A stretch of DNA of 64,000 nucleotides, taken from NCBI GenBank assembly GCA_036867785.1, contig CP145409.1, forward strand, positions 1,426,001 through 1,490,000. Direction: 5' to 3'. A program made the position numbers and the translations under genes. The stretch is from Plasmodiophora brassicae. Taxonomy: Eukaryota. Of this stretch, positions 1 through 13,500 are shown piece by piece; positions within the stretch are counted from its first letter, which is position 1; each line of letters begins with the position of its first letter. A model generated the notes under the pieces. The model did no database searches. It saw nothing but the letters and a program-made list of their open reading frames with translations, and was not told where the DNA came from.

Positions 1-1279
1 ATCGGCGCCAATCGCCGACCAGGTGCCGCAGCCTGCCGTCCTTGTCGTCGGCGTCGCGCGGATCGAACTCGACCTTGAAGGTGTCCAGCGCCGGCTGGGG
101 GCGCTCGGGCACGAACCCGTAGTCGACGTAGTAGACCTACACCGGGCGTGCACCGTCAGCTCATGGGGCGCTTCGCCTCGGGCGCAGGGCACCACCTGAG
201 CGGGCCTGTGGCCATAGTTACGGGTCAGGCCCAGCTGGGGCGACACGGGACGCCCGGTCGCCATGACGACGTGCTCGTTCTGCACGAACCGATCCGTCGT
301 GGTCGCCTCCGATGCTGGGCTGTGCCTGCAATGGGTGCCCCGTCACCGGCCGCCCGGCCCGAGCCCGCTCAGAGATCCCCCGCCGTACCTGATCTCGTTG
401 AGCAACGGGATCAGGGCGGCCGTCTTCTGCCCGTCGATGGTGACGGCGGCCGCGCGCGTCATCGAGACCAGGACGCCCCATTCGTACTGGTCGAAAGAGA
501 CGGCCGGCAGGGTGCGCCTGACGATCTCCTGGTACTCGTCGCGGATCTCCTTGCGCCTCAGGACGATCAGGTCGCGGGCGGCCGTCCCGCGCAGCACCTC
601 GTCGAAGACCCATCCGGGCGCTTTGATCGGCGACGATCCGGCGAACGAGGCCGGCAGGACGCGGATGTACGGTTGCCAGGTCGACGACGGGTCGGCGCGC
701 TCCACCGCCAGGTACCTGGCGTCACGCCCGTGTCAGTACGAAGGACGATCACAATGATGGTGACGATGGCCTGGGGCATCGGGGGACGTACACGCCCAGC
801 AGGACGTGGACCGAGGGTTTGCTGTCGGACGGCCCGTTGACGAGGGCGTGCCCGGCGCGCGATTGCTCCACGACTTGCATGGTGATCATGCGGTCCACTG
901 GGATGCGCTGCAGGACCTGTCGGCGACGGGGGCGCTCGTCGCCCACGTACTGGACGCCTTTACCGTCGTCGGACGCCACGACGGGTCGTAGGTGCGCCCC
1001 GACCGGCAGCCAGCGATGGAACACGTCCAGGTCCACCTGGCGTAACGCGGAGCGCAGCGTCGTGTTCGTCGGGTCGCGGCTCAGGGCGTCGGCCAGCGCC
1101 AGACGGCGGTCGTACAGCCACTGGGCGCTGCTCGTCTCGTGGCTGGGTGATGCCAATCGGTCAATGTCGACGACGTGCGCCCGGTCAGGGCGGCGCAGCA
1201 GGGACGCGGGCGACGGCAGGTGCAGGACGACCCAGTAGAGCAGGAACGGGACCAGCAACGCTAGCACGCCCAGCGTCAT
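1..1279 (-). CDS. SET-domain (Rubisco LSMT/SETD3-like) protein with N-terminal hydrophobic segment; multi-exon, runs off the left edge
   Basis: ATG at 1279 (MTLGVLALLVPFLLYWVV). Downstream exons give STWQPYIRVLP, YEWGVLVSMTRA, LIPLLNEI and YVDYGFVP, resembling the LSMT-family W.PY..LP, L.P..D..NH and YGFV motifs. Confidence 0.6.
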
Positions 1280-3039
1280 GGATCGTCGGGCGCGACGGCC
1301 TGCTGGCCTGGCCGGCCGCCGCCTGCTGCTGCTGCCGCTGCTGTGCATGATGTCACACACCAGCGTCCACCTGGGCACAGGAGGGTATATGCCAGCAGAA
1401 GACAATGCTGTTGGGCACGGGAGCACCGCATGACTCATCCAGCCCCAGGCGAGATGCCCGATGAGCACACGGCCCGTTGCACGCAGGGTGAACATGCTCC
1501 GATCTGCGGGCGCTCCTGGGCCCTAACGAAGAACGGCCCGTTCCGAATGGGCACCGCGGGACATGGGGGTCAGCAGTGTCGGCCAAAGGTGAGGCGGGCC
1601 GGACGTTAGACCGGTCGGGTCGCTACGTACCCGCCCTGCCTGGCAGCCGACGCCGACCTGGAAGGCGGGCATTCGCCTGTTGAAGGACGCGGCCCGGGCG
1701 GACGTTGCCGGATCTAAGCATCCGTCCGCGAGATGGAGACGGCCTTGACGATCGCCTGCGCGCTCGCCAATCGCCATGGGTCACTGACTGAGACGTTCCC
1801 TTTGGCTCGAGCAAACGGCCAGCGTGCCGCGTCCTAACCTGCATATTGTCGACACCCAGCGCCTGCTGAGTCCCGTCGCCTGATGATGCAAAGCAGCAGA
1901 TGACGAGACTGATCGACTCGGACGCGTACTTTGGTTGCCCGGCGAATAACATAAGCCAGCAGTACGCGTGTACGTTGATGGCCGACGCGATTAGCTGCGG
2001 AAGGGACAGGCGCCACCCCGCCGAAACGAACGCGGCCCCTGCCGGGGCGATTCTCACGTGTGATGAATCGAAAGCGATACTGCAATCATTTGTCGGAATG
2101 GAGCCAGCGATCTTTCAGGTTCGCAGTTGTCTGCGCGAGAGGGCGGATCCGACGGTGACGAGAACGCGCCAGCTCAAAGACGGAGAAGATGGGTTATCCC
2201 GAGATGGGTGCCATCGCTCTCGCACGGTACCTCCGGTGGCCAGTATGGCGACGCCGAATCCATTGTCTGGTTGTAGAGTGTCAGCTGCCGGATCACAGCT
2301 GTCCCGTGCCGTCCGTTTCCCCAGCTTACAGTGAACGGATCAAGTTCGCCGACGATCTCACTCGAACTGCCCTCGAACTGCCGCCTGCCTCTGACCCAGT
2401 TCGTGACGTGGCCCGCTAACCATGCCGACCTGTCGCAGGTCGGGAGCCGTCCGACCTGAGAAAACTATTTGGGACGACGCAGCGACCATGTGCTGATGGT
2501 TACGTTCATACGACACCGAATGTGCCGTATCTCATTCCGAAACTCATTCCGAATCGCGAAGCCAAATGGTGTTTGGCCTGTTCAGTACTCGGGAGGGGGA
2601 CCACCGGGGAACCGCATGGTGATGTAACCGATTATTTGTGGGGTGTTGGCTCACGGAGACTACATAGGAGCACAGCATCATATCTGCCACGCGAATCCAC
2701 GCGGCAGAGTCTGTGCCTGCCTGCCTGGCCAGCGCCTGGAGCCCTGGACAGCGCCTGGACAGCGCCTGACGCTGATCGCAACGATACGTTCTGCGACTGC
2801 CTGCAACTGCCCTGGCTGGCAGCTAGTACTGTCTTCCTCATCTGCCACGCGTTTCCACGCGGCAGAGTCTGTGCCTGCCTGCCTGGCCAGCGCCTGTCCA
2901 TTGCCTGGCGCTCATCGCAACGATACGCTCTGCGACTGCCTGCAACTGCCCTGGCTGGCAGAGCGTATCTCGAGCACCCCGCGTGGATCCTTTCGCCACA
3001 GTGATTCGGGTGTCTTGGGGTTGTCGACGATCTCTCACG

Positions 3040-3750
3040 ATGCCCGTGTTCGCTCCCCGCCTCCCATCACGCGCGTCGAGCTCACGAGCGCGACCGCGTC
3101 CCGCCCGCGCCGCCCGCCCCGGCGCCAAGGCCAAGAAGGTTGCACAGCGCGTCAGCGCTCAGGACGGCGGACCCGCCCGAGCCGCGAGCGCCGCCCGTTC
3201 CAGCGCCGGTCGTGACGCCCAACGGGCCGGTCCATCTGAGCAGCGCAGGGTCCCCACGCCGACGGTCCAAGTCCCCACCTGCGTTCGTCGGGACGCCTCC
3301 TGGCGCCCTGATCGAACGCAATGGCTGTTCAACAAGATGCAACTGGGACGGGACCGTCGCGCGGTTCGGGGGCCCGAGCCGGCCCCGGCGCCACGTCACC
3401 GCTACGCGTCGTCCGACGATCCGCACGAGCGTGTACAGGAGTACCGACGTGCTTTCGAGCGCATGCGGGAAACTGTCGAGTTCCTCCTGTTCGAGTACTA
3501 CATCGAGCAGGAGGATCGTGAGCTACGGCGGATCGTCGCGGCCGTCGACCGCCTGCCGGAGCCGACGCCGTCCTACACGTGGCGTCCGCGCCCGCCTGCT
3601 GTCCAACAACCGCCCGAGGTGCATCGCCTCGTCAGGACAGCAGGCGTCGTCGTCCGGAGCCGTCGTCGTCGGTACGGGCAGCCTGAGGCGCTCGGCATGA
3701 TCGGGGCGGGGCCGGTCCGCGTCGATTCGTACGTGCCGGAGGCGGTCTAA
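3040..3750 (+). CDS. Orphan ORF (~236 aa from ATG), copy 1, in the left arm
   Basis: Open in both arms with only a few substitutions. Basic N-terminus and a central amphipathic helix DDPHERVQEYRRAFERMRETVEFLLFEYYIEQEDRELRRIVAAVDRLP. No family recognised. Confidence 0.45.
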   Translation: MPVFAPRLPSRASSSRARPRPARAARPGAKAKKVAQRVSAQDGGPARAASAARSSAGRDAQRAGPSEQRRVPTPTVQVPTCVRRDASWRPDRTQWLFNKMQLGRDRRAVRGPEPAPAPRHRYASSDDPHERVQEYRRAFERMRETVEFLLFEYYIEQEDRELRRIVAAVDRLPEPTPSYTWRPRPPAVQQPPEVHRLVRTAGVVVRSRRRRYGQPEALGMIGAGPVRVDSYVPEAV

Positions 3751-3854
3751 GCCGCGCTGCGTCGCGACCCCCGGTAAGCCCAGCGACCGCGTGCAATCGT
3801 CATCTGGGGTCACCCGCTGATCCTCCCCTTGTTGGTCAGGTCCCGTTGGCGCCC

Positions 3855-4470
3855 GTGGTCGAGGTCGGGACCCGGATCGCTCTCCTCGCCGCCAGACGCC
3901 TTGCGCCGGTCAGCGGGGGCGTCGTTGAACGGCAAGACGGGGGTGCCAATCCCCCGCTCTTCGTCGCCAGACGCCCCATTACAGCGCTGTACGTCAGGCA
4001 TTGCAGGCGTCGTTGAACGGCAGGAAGCGACCGGGTCCCGCTCCTCGATCGTCTAGTCCCACGGTTTCAGGGTGCGTCCGCCACCGTTGACCCCGGTTGC
4101 CCTCGTGCCCTGACGTCTATTAATTCCCTTATAGGTACCTCCGCCCTGAACTATTGTTCGCTCGCCATGGTCGAGGTCGCGGGCCCGAGTCGCTGTCCTC
4201 GTCGCCAGACGCCTTGCGCCGGTCAGCGGGGGCGTCGTTGAACGGCAAGAGGGGGGGTGCCGTCCCTCCGCTCTTCGTCGCCAGACGCCCCATTACAACG
4301 CTGTACGTCAGGCAATGCAGGCGTCGTTGAACGGCAGGAAGCGACCGGGTCCCGCAGCTCGGTCGTCTAGTCCCACGGTTTCAGGGTGCGTCCGCGTCCG
4401 TTGACCCTGACGTTTGTTAATTATCGAATAGTTACGCCCTGAACTTATTCGCTCACCCGCCATGGCTGAG
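3855..4470. repeat. ~300-bp tandem repeat, about 2 units (about 3 units in the mirrored arm at ~20270-21130)
   Basis: CCAGACGCCTTGCGCCGGTCAGCGGGGGCGTCGTTGAACGGCAAGA recurs at ~3892 and ~4205. Confidence 0.8.
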
Positions 4471-6017
4471 GTCGGGAACCCGGTCGTCTCTGCGTCGCCA
4501 CCCGCCCAGTGTTGGTCAGCGGACACGTCGCGAAAACGCCCATGGCACAGGGTCGGTCTGCGGCGGCACCTCGTTGCCGTTGATGTCCTCATGCCCTGAT
4601 GTTTACTGACTACCATCCAGTTACGTCCTGCATGGGCCCGTTTCTCTGCGCCGGTCCCCATTCCTCGAGCACCATGTCCCGCTCCGGTTTACCTATGTAG
4701 TAGATCCAGTCGTCGTCGTGGTGCGTACGTTCTCGACCGTATGTCCCGCCATGGGCGCATCCGGGTGCTGACGTTTGCTGCCCGCCTAGATCAGTTACGC
4801 CCCGAACGTGTCGCCCTCGTCACGACCGCCCTGCTCGCCGACCGCTGCGATTTGGTTCGGCAGGCAACGCGACGGGCCGCATGGGCCGACGTTGTCACCA
4901 TCACCATACTGGTGCACACTCTGGCACGTGTTCAACGTACGTCGAGCAAGGAGGCATGGCGACGATGCAGGTCGTTATGTACACGCTCACGAGCCGGTAC
5001 GTGCCTCTGCTTGTCCGCGTCACCCACCGACCACTGATCTGGTTCTCTGTCGGCGCAGATCCTCCCAGCTGGCATGCCCGGGACGCCAGCTGCTGATGTC
5101 GAAGGTTGTCGGTGCCATGGCGGTCGAGGACGCCCGAGCGCCGGTGCCACAGACCACCTGGACTTGTACTGCGACTGGACATGTCGCCGACGACGCGCAC
5201 CGCCTCCGCCGCCGTCAAGTCGTCCCTGCAAGATCGCCCAAGGCCCTGCCGTCACGTTCGGGCATTGTACCCGCCGGGCCACGACGACCGACCCCGAACG
5301 CAGCACCCCACGTATCGCATCGTAGTTGACGATCTCGTTCGTGATCACATCAGTCGTGTCGTTGTCGCCGTCGACTGGCCATGTCGCTGGAACAGCAGGA
5401 CAAGGGCGCGTGCAGCGTGCCATGGTGCCCGGTGCCGACCGGACATCACATCGCCCGCTGGCCTCGACGTCGCAGGTCGCTCGCCGCGTGCGTCGGGTAC
5501 GTGACGCCCAGCTCGTTCGTCCCACAATAAACGAATAGACATGTCCTAGTCTGTGGGCCTCCCAGGAACACGAGTCGGCGCGTGCCGCTGCTGAAGGCGC
5601 CGTTGACTGGGACCTGCTCATCACCGCCAATCGTATCGTCTCACGGAAAGTGTACTCAGCACGAATGATCACCATACTGGGAGAGGCAGTGTGTTCCCCA
5701 CATTGTACCTGAAGCTGGCAATATTGAGATTCACTCACGCTCCTCAGGAACAGAACATAATTCGGTAGCAATAGGAGATCGCCCTAATATCCCGACCAAC
5801 CACACACGGACTCCGTACGGACTCGACACGACACAAAGCGCCAACCGAATGTCAAAACTACCTACCGTATTTCTCGGTACTTTGTACCCTACGGAACTTT
5901 GTACCAGGGGCGCTTTTTTCGCGTACATTGGTCGCTGACTCCGCAGTCGACGCGTTTTGCGGCAATTGGTTGTGCCGACAGGATCCGTCGCCGCGAGACC
6001 TTTCCAACGGCATATAG

Positions 6018-6169
6018 ATGTCGCACCATCCAGTCGGTATCCAGGTCGATATCGTCGGAACGCAGGCGCCAAATAGAGGGAGATCGTGCGCAGAACACGA
6101 CGTATGCGGCTCTGTACTTGCTATTGACGTCGTTGTCCGTCTTCGGGCTGTACGTTGAAATAGTGAACG
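6018..6169 (+). pseudogene. Exon-1 remnant of the HIRAN-like accessory gene
   Basis: Translates MSHHPVGIQVDIVGTQAPNRGRSCAEHDVCGSVLAIDVVVRLRAV, homologous to VEIVGIEIGNRGRCCQEHTVCGSVLEPDSIVRLRIV at 16506. Too short for the ORF track. Confidence 0.8.
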
Positions 6170-6204
6170 GTACCAATTTGTGAAAATCGTGTCTGCACGT
6201 TAAT

Positions 6205-6620
6205 TTAAATTGGTGTTGCAATGCGGATCGTCAACTGGTTGACCGCCAGAAGTCGTCGCACAATCTGGTCTTTGGCTCGTGCACTCTTCCTCCTGCACGA
6301 CGGCAGTAGGTGGAAAACTTTGGTCTCAACCATGGCGACCGAAACTGCCACGCCGGACTCCCGGTTCGCGAAGATCCACTGCAGCAGGGTCTCCTCGATC
6401 GGATGAAGATATGATTCGCGGCCGAGACAGGTTGACCGTGCAGATGGACTCGAATTCTGGATCGCCAGACGCTGTGCTTCCCATCGCCTTACCTGTGACC
6501 GTTGAACGCCCAAGCTATAACATACCGCTGAGAGAGAGTCTGAGTTGGCCCGACGCTCAGTGACCTCACTTAGGATACGAAGCTTCTCAGCGTTTACGTG
6601 CGGCGAGGCAATATGCAAAT
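6205..6620 (-). pseudogene. pogo transposase N-terminal fragment (HTH/CENP-B-type DNA-binding region)
   Basis: Aligns by eye with the transposase N-terminus at 17935-18208 (NAEKLRIL vs NADKLAIL; LLQWIFANR vs LLRWIFDRR). Confidence 0.75.
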
Positions 6621-8589
6621 GACATCTCGGGGGTGGGGAGAGCATTAGGAGAGTTGGCGCACGGGCCATCAGTTCATCACATTTCCCATGACCATGCGAA
6701 GGCGACCCATGGCAAGCCAGATAGGGCTCCAACGTCGCCCGGCAGAACACGGTCAATGGACATGCCACCCACTGCGCACTTCCTCGGAACTTTGTACCAC
6801 CTGTCCATTTTGCTTGCACATTTGGGGGGTACAAAGTACCGAGGAATACGGTAGACCACCAGCAATAGGAGAACGCCCTAATATCCCAAGCAAACACGCA
6901 CGCCGCATGGACTTCGTACGGAGTACGGACCCGTCAACCCCCAAATCACGTCAGTCATGATTCATGAACCGAAAGCGACAACGTACTGACAACAGACATG
7001 CGAGCACGCGCCCGACGACAACACCCAGAGGACCCCCAGGCGGGGAGCCCCACCCAGGAAAGCTGGTACAACATTTGGCGATCTGATCCGCGCAAACAGA
7101 ACCCGAGGGTGCACCAAAGGCGGCAATATGGACCCCACCACGCCCGATGTCCTGCTTCGATCTTCTCGGAGCAATCCGACTGCATGACCAAACCGCTGCC
7201 GAACGTATTGATACCCAGCATGTAGCGCCCCGTGACAATGGGGACATATATCTTGGAAACCTACCACAAGGTACACGAGCAGGACCGATTACCTATGCCC
7301 TCCTAAGGAATGCTAAACAGACACGTACAAAAAACTCGAAGAAGCTGCCATCGCAATGGAACACGAGATTCGACCGTCGAAAGACGAAACCAATGACCGC
7401 CCTAGCTAGACCGATCATTGGTTTCATCTTTCGGCGGCCGAATCTCGTGTAGGGTAGGCGGCTCATTGTCTCCCGACTACTGCCGCACCTCTTCAGGGAT
7501 GTGCTGTTCCTGGCGAAGGCTCCGCGCCCTACAAAACTCACACCGACGAAGAATGGGAGCAATGCGATTGCTACATTCGCGACCAATGCGGACGTCAGCA
7601 CTATCGCTGCCAGGGCGGCAGTAGTCGGTAGACAATGAGCTCTGCATGACGTCGACGTCGGCGGCGGCCGTGCGTCGTCCATCGATGTCGCTGACTCGGC
7701 AGGCGCTGCACGATGTCGCTACTTGGGCACGTCCCATTCGATTCGGTCGCTCTGCGATGCCAGGCGCGACGACCACGATGTGTGCCGGTGTAGACCGCCG
7801 CGTCGACGGTCACGGACGATGCGGAGGTCGCCATGAACCCCTATTTCTCTGGCCTCCAGGCTGAATGGATAACGAACAGTGCATGATGACGCAAGCGCCC
7901 GCGTGGTATCGAGCCGTTGCGGAATGACGAAGATGCGATCGAGTGGTTCGGGGGCAGCACATGCACACCTGCGTGTTGCGTCAGGCAGCGCCATCAGCCC
8001 ATCACCCCACCAAAAGAGCGGTTACATCATGACGCTTCGATTAGCGGGCCACATCGCCAGAACAGGGGCAGGCGACGGCCGCTAGCCTTTCCATCGAGGA
8101 CACGAAGCAGATCTGGGCAGTGGTCGCCCCGACAATAAGGATGACCTTGGAGTTGACGGGTCGACAATCTCGAGACAGGCGTCGCGAGGGCGCCCGCGCG
8201 ACGCGCGCAACTGGACGAAATGTCCCTGTTTGGGTCGTACGGGCGCCACAAGCAGGACCCAGCGTGCCGCCGCAGACGCCGCATAACAATGACGCTCTTT
8301 CTTCGAAACATGATGGGGCCGATCGAGCCGAAAGATCCAGTCTATCAATACATGCCAAGTCGGCCGCGGGCAACAAATCGCTCCTGCTATTAGGCCTACG
8401 ACGGCGTGTCCGGATCCGATGGCGCCGACGTCGCCAAGATTCTATTATGTACCTCGTTGACTGGGACCTGCTCGTCAACGCGAATCGCATCGTGCCACGA
8501 AACGGGTTCTCACGAACCACCAAATTGGAAGAGGTGAGGCTTTCCACACGTCTCAAGATCCGGTAATATGTACTGTGGTTTGTAAATCG

Positions 8590-9810
8590 ATGGATTGAGC
8601 GTTCAGCGAGTAGGGCGGTCGTGGCGAAGGCGGCACATTGGGGGCGTAACTGACCTAGGCGGACAGCACACGTTAGCACCCGGATGCGGGACATACGGTC
8701 GAGAACGTACCACGACGGCGACTGGATCTACTAGGTAAACAGAAGCGGGACCCGTTCGCTTCCAACGGCTGCCATGCCTGGGCGCAAGGCGTCTGGCGAC
8801 GAGGAGAGCGACCGGGGTCCCGCTTCTGTTTACCTAGTAGATCCAGTCGCCGTCGTGGTACCTGAACGCGCGCCACTCGGGGCGGCCGACTTGATCCGTC
8901 GACCAGCGGCACCGCCTTCACCGCCGTCAGCGCGCGGACCTCCTGTGCACATACGACTTTGTCAGCCACGATGGTGCCAGGCAGGAATACGCCTCCAGAA
9001 TGTGTCGAGGATCTGCTCCAGGCGGCGTGCCCGAATTCGTGCTCGTTTGGCCTCCTCGGCGGACTCAGGTTGAGATCTGCAATCAGGACATCAGCTCCTG
9101 CCTGCACTGGACGAAGAGCCACGTGCGACTGACCTCGGCAGGTGAAATGTCGGCAACGAGCGCTTGGGAGACTTCAATGCGGACGGTCTGGGTTGCATGT
9201 TCGGGACGGCCGCGCGCCCCACCACCTGGTTCGGGGGATCACCAGAGCGGAACCCTGCAGGCGCGGCAGCAGAACAGTCAGGCACGCGCGCGTACAGGTG
9301 CAACAACGAGGGCGCCAGGATGCCCAGGAACATACGTGTGACCTGGTCGGGACCCGGCGCGAACGACACGTTGCGGGCCTTGATCGACGTCGTCGACGAT
9401 CGGCCGTGCTGAGCGACAGGGCGAGCGGGCTTGACGGATTTCAACGCGCATCGTCGTGGCCGCAGGTTCGCCAGGGACACCCCCCTCATCTGGTTCGGCG
9501 GGTCGTCCCTGCGAGCGAGGACGTGAGTACTGAACGCGGGCATGCTTGTCTTCGACGACTGTGACGAATCTCCCAATTGACTGTGGCGAAAGGATCCACG
9601 CGGGGTGCCCGAGATATGCTCTGCCAGCCAGGGCAGTTGCAGGCAGTCGCTGAGCGTACCGTTGCGATCAGCGCCAGGCACTCTGCCCAGGCACTGGGGC
9701 AGGCACAGACTCTGCCGTGTGGGTTCGCGTGGCAGATCAGGATGAGGTCAGTACTGTTGTTCCCATATGCCTGCAGACCCAGCATACCGCCTGCAAGGCA
9801 TTCGGCCGCC
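8590..9810 (-). repeat. Third, diverged and deleted copy of arm sequences
   Basis: 8670-8740 is the reverse complement of ~4690-4775. 9580-9740 is the reverse complement of parts of 2682-3000 (CTGTGGCGAAAGGATCCACGCGGGGTGC). Confidence 0.7.
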
Positions 9811-10573
9811 AGAACGTCACGTCGTCTGAAGACATTATCGTCGGAAATGTTGACCTGGTAATTGATGACGATCTTACTTTTTGACGCGTTGCCGGTCTTC
9901 GTGCGGGTGCCGATGACGATTCCAAAGTTGAAATCGACTACCATACCGCTATTCTGCGAAAAAATAACGCAAAGCTCACAGCCATGTGGCAAGGGCATAG
10001 TCTCACAGTCCCCGAATCGACAAGCGTCCATTCACGATATTCGTCAAGATATCGCCGAGTTAGCCAGCATGTATGCTCTTCTTGGGGCGCTTTTCCGTTT
10101 GGTGGCTCTTACATGACTGTTGAGCAGAGATGTCGATGCCGATGTGATTCGTCGAGTTGCGAACAAGTCGCCACGGTTAAGCATCACGGACGATGTTGTC
10201 GAAGCCATATCTCCAACAAATCGAATCGTTGACGTGGTCGTTGATGACGATCTTAATTCGACGTGTGTCGGGCTTCGTGCGGGTGCCGATGACGATTACA
10301 AAGTCGAAATCGACTATCATACAGCCATTCTGCGAAAAAACGCCAAGCTCGCAGCCATGTGGCACCAGGTCGAGAAGTACAAGTGGCAAGCAGCGATTAA
10401 CGATCGCGATCTAATGATCAAAGATCTCGATCTTGATTTCTGCTTGCCACTTGGATTTCCATACTTGGTATGCCACATGGCTGCGAGGTTCGCGTTTTTT
10501 CCTCAGAAGAGCGGTATGGACGTATGGTAGTCGATTTCAACTTTGGAACCGTCATCGGCACCCGCACGAAGCC

Positions 10574-13500
10574 TGTGCCGGCTCCAAGCTATAAGACAAG
10601 AATAGCTGTGATCCGGCTAGGCCGCCCTAAGAATGACGGACATGCACGGAGTGCGCACGGAGTCCGCACGGCGTCCGTGGGAGCTGCAGGTCGGGGACAC
10701 AGACGATTATACTACACGGCTGATATACCATCACCGTTGGGACGTCACAGAGATCTCTTGAACATCCTTTCGGGGAAGGTTTCAAAGAAGGACGCGATGG
10801 TGGCCACCGCGCAGGAGATGCTGCTGGAAGATGACGTCGATGATCGACAACAAGGACAGAGCGTGCAAGGCTCAACGATCGTCCTGCAGATGAACAAGGC
10901 GCCGACCTTGAAAAGCATGGACCGCAAGGCCGTCACGACGTTCATGGCCGAGCTGAAGACGTATCGGAATCACTTCCGGGACGATCCGAACGCCAAGGGC
11001 CAGATCCCGCGGTCAGTGAGGAGTATGATCGACCCCGGTCTGCTCAGGGCGATCTGCAAGTGGGAACTCGGCAAGGACGCCGAGGGGGTGACGGAGAGCG
11101 ACCTGATGGACTGGATGAAGAGGCATCTCGAGCAGGATCGCTCGACGGACGCGAACATCGACCGGGAGATGCGGAAGCTGGCGATGAAGCTGACCATCAC
11201 CACACCAGCGGCAAGGGTCGTGAACCTCGTGCAGCAGTACGAGGAATTGGTCGCGCGCAACGGGTGGCAGGACCTCTTCACGTCCCGCGAGGGACGGAAG
11301 AACCTGGTCAAGTACCTACTGGGTGCTGTGCGCCCATCCGGTTTACAAGCGCTCATGCGGACCCTCGTCATGAAGCGCCAGACCGATCTCCAGAAGGACC
11401 CTTTGGAATTCTATCGGGTGCTGAAGGAACGGGCTGCATCGTATGAGGAGACGATGTTGTACATGGAGCCGGGACGTGAGGATGGCAAGGGGAAGGGAAA
11501 GGTCAAACCCACCCCAAAGAAGCGAGGGGCGCAGACGGATGAAGGAGGCGATGGAGGCCGGGACACGAAACGACACCGGAAGGACCTGCGATGTTTCAAC
11601 TGTGACGAGGTTGGACATCCAGCGTTTCGTTGCCCGAAGAAGCCTACCAAGAAGCAGGTCGCAGACCTGCTGAAGGATCGCCGCAAGGGGCCAACGGGAA
11701 GGGATGGACCCCGTAAGGCCAAATCTGATAAAGATGACGACTTGTCAGAGTACCCATGGCTTCCAGTGGTAGGAAGAGTGTCGGAGGGGGCGCAGAGGAC
11801 AGGGGACCAAGTAGTCGTTCGTGTAAACGGACATGAGGAAGACTACGTTGGGGTTCTGGACAGTGGAGCGACATCGGTTGACGTTCTGATGCCATTGACC
11901 ATAGCGCGCGAGCTAATGGAGCGGGACCCATTGTTAACAATGGAGAACCTCCAGAAGCCGGAAACGTTCTGTCTGGTAGACAGAGAAACGAAGCACACAG
12001 CCTACCATGTGATGATACTGGATCTGGGACTGACGACGACGGCAGGCGAACTGATCACTCGCCGGCGCCGATGCCTTGTATGGGACATTCCTGAAAAGGA
12101 AATAATCCTAGGGGAGAGGCTGTTGGACGACTTGGGTATCCACCCAAAGAAGGCCCTGGACGTACTCATTAAGAGCACGCCGAAGAAGGGGAATGACGTC
12201 ATGGATGAAGTGCACAATATGGCAAACGAGATGCCACCTCTCTGGGAAGGGGAGGAAGAGGAAACAGAGGATGTGAGGATCGGAACCGATTCCACAGACT
12301 CCCTGGAAAGGGAGATGGACGGGATGGTCGAGCGCGCATTGAGGAATGGCCTACCGCAAGCGATGGGGAAATCGCTTCGGAAACTCGTCAGAAGATATAG
12401 GGACGTTTGGCGTATGAGCATTGGACCTGATGGTCCAGCCAGGGTTACACCATTTGTCACGGAGCTGAAACCGGATGCGGAACCTTACAGGTGCCGAGCC
12501 AGAAAGTACAGTATGGAGGACAGTGCTTTCATGGAGGAATTCGTCGCCCAATTGAAGAAGTATGGCCTAGTCGTTGAAAACTACAACGCGAAGTGGGCTT
12601 CACCGGTGGTGGTGGTGACGAAGCCAGGGGGCGGAAAGCGGTTCTGTGTTGATCTCAGAGCTGTTAATGCCAAATGTGTCGCCGTGGCGTGGCCTATGCC
12701 ACATCAGGAGGCGATACTCAGGAACCTGGCAGGCTCGAGGTTCTGGTTTAAGCTAGACGCGTTCAAAGGCTTCTGGATGATGCCGCTGGATGAAGCGTGT
12801 CAGGAGATCTTCTCCTTCATGACAGATAAGGGGGTGTATAAGCCAACGAGGTCGATGCAGGGGGGAATGAACTCCGCCCCTCAGTATCAAGGGAGGATGT
12901 TTGAGGTGTTCGGGGAACTTATGTTCCACAAACTAATCATATGGATCGATGATCTAATGGGGCATGCCCAAAGGGAGGATGATTGGTTCCGAACGTTGGA
13001 ACGGACTCTGATGCTAGCCGAACGGCACAGCATCAAGTTCAACGTGGAGAAGTGTGAGCTCTTCACAACAGAGGTTCGGTTCTGTGGAAGGATATTCACG
13101 CCAGAAGGGGTAAGGCACGATCCTGCTAGGATTGAGGCTTTAATGGCGATACCACAGCCGAGGACGGCAAGGGACTTGCAACAATTCCTTATGGCAACTC
13201 AGTGGATGAGTAGGTCCATCCCTGAGTACAACAGGAAGGTACACCTGTTACAGAGGATATACGAGGATGCCATGAAGGACCAACCTGGCAGGACGAAAGC
13301 CATTGCCAGGAGGGTGCGATTGTGCAAATATGGATGGTCACCCGAACATGCGCTGGCATTCGAGAAACTGAAGATGGCAGTGGCGGACACGGTCCAACTA
13401 GCGTACCCGCGAAAGGACCGGATCCAATGCCTATTCTCAGATGCAAATGAGGTTAACAGCGCGGCGGTAGTCACACAGATTCCGCCTGAGGACTTGGGTA

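Larger units (their letters stand above)
2682..5700 (+). repeat. Left arm of a large inverted repeat (pairs with ~19040-22302)
   Basis: Reverse-complement match read directly. Nearly identical over ~2980-4300, more diverged toward 5700 (e.g. TACTCAGCACGAATGATCACCAT near 5655 vs ATGGTGATCATTCGTGCTGAGTA near 19065). Confidence 0.9.
5865..6851 (-). mobile_element. Internally deleted pogo/Tigger-type (Tc1-mariner superfamily) element
   Basis: 25-bp TIR CCGTATTTCTCGGTACTTTGTACCC / GGGTACAAAGTACCGAGGAATACGG (1 mismatch) with TA on both sides. Retains the transposase N-terminus (GVQRSQVRRW; EETLLQWIFANRESG...) but no DDE domain. Confidence 0.88.

Noticed and set aside
6900-8590. Coding potential in short ORFs inside the inverted structure
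   Set aside because: No recognisable motifs. Partly diverged copies of arm sequence.
10470-10796. N-terminal extension of the 1664-aa ORF
   Set aside because: It runs through flanking palindrome and LTR sequence. The plausible start is ATG 10797.
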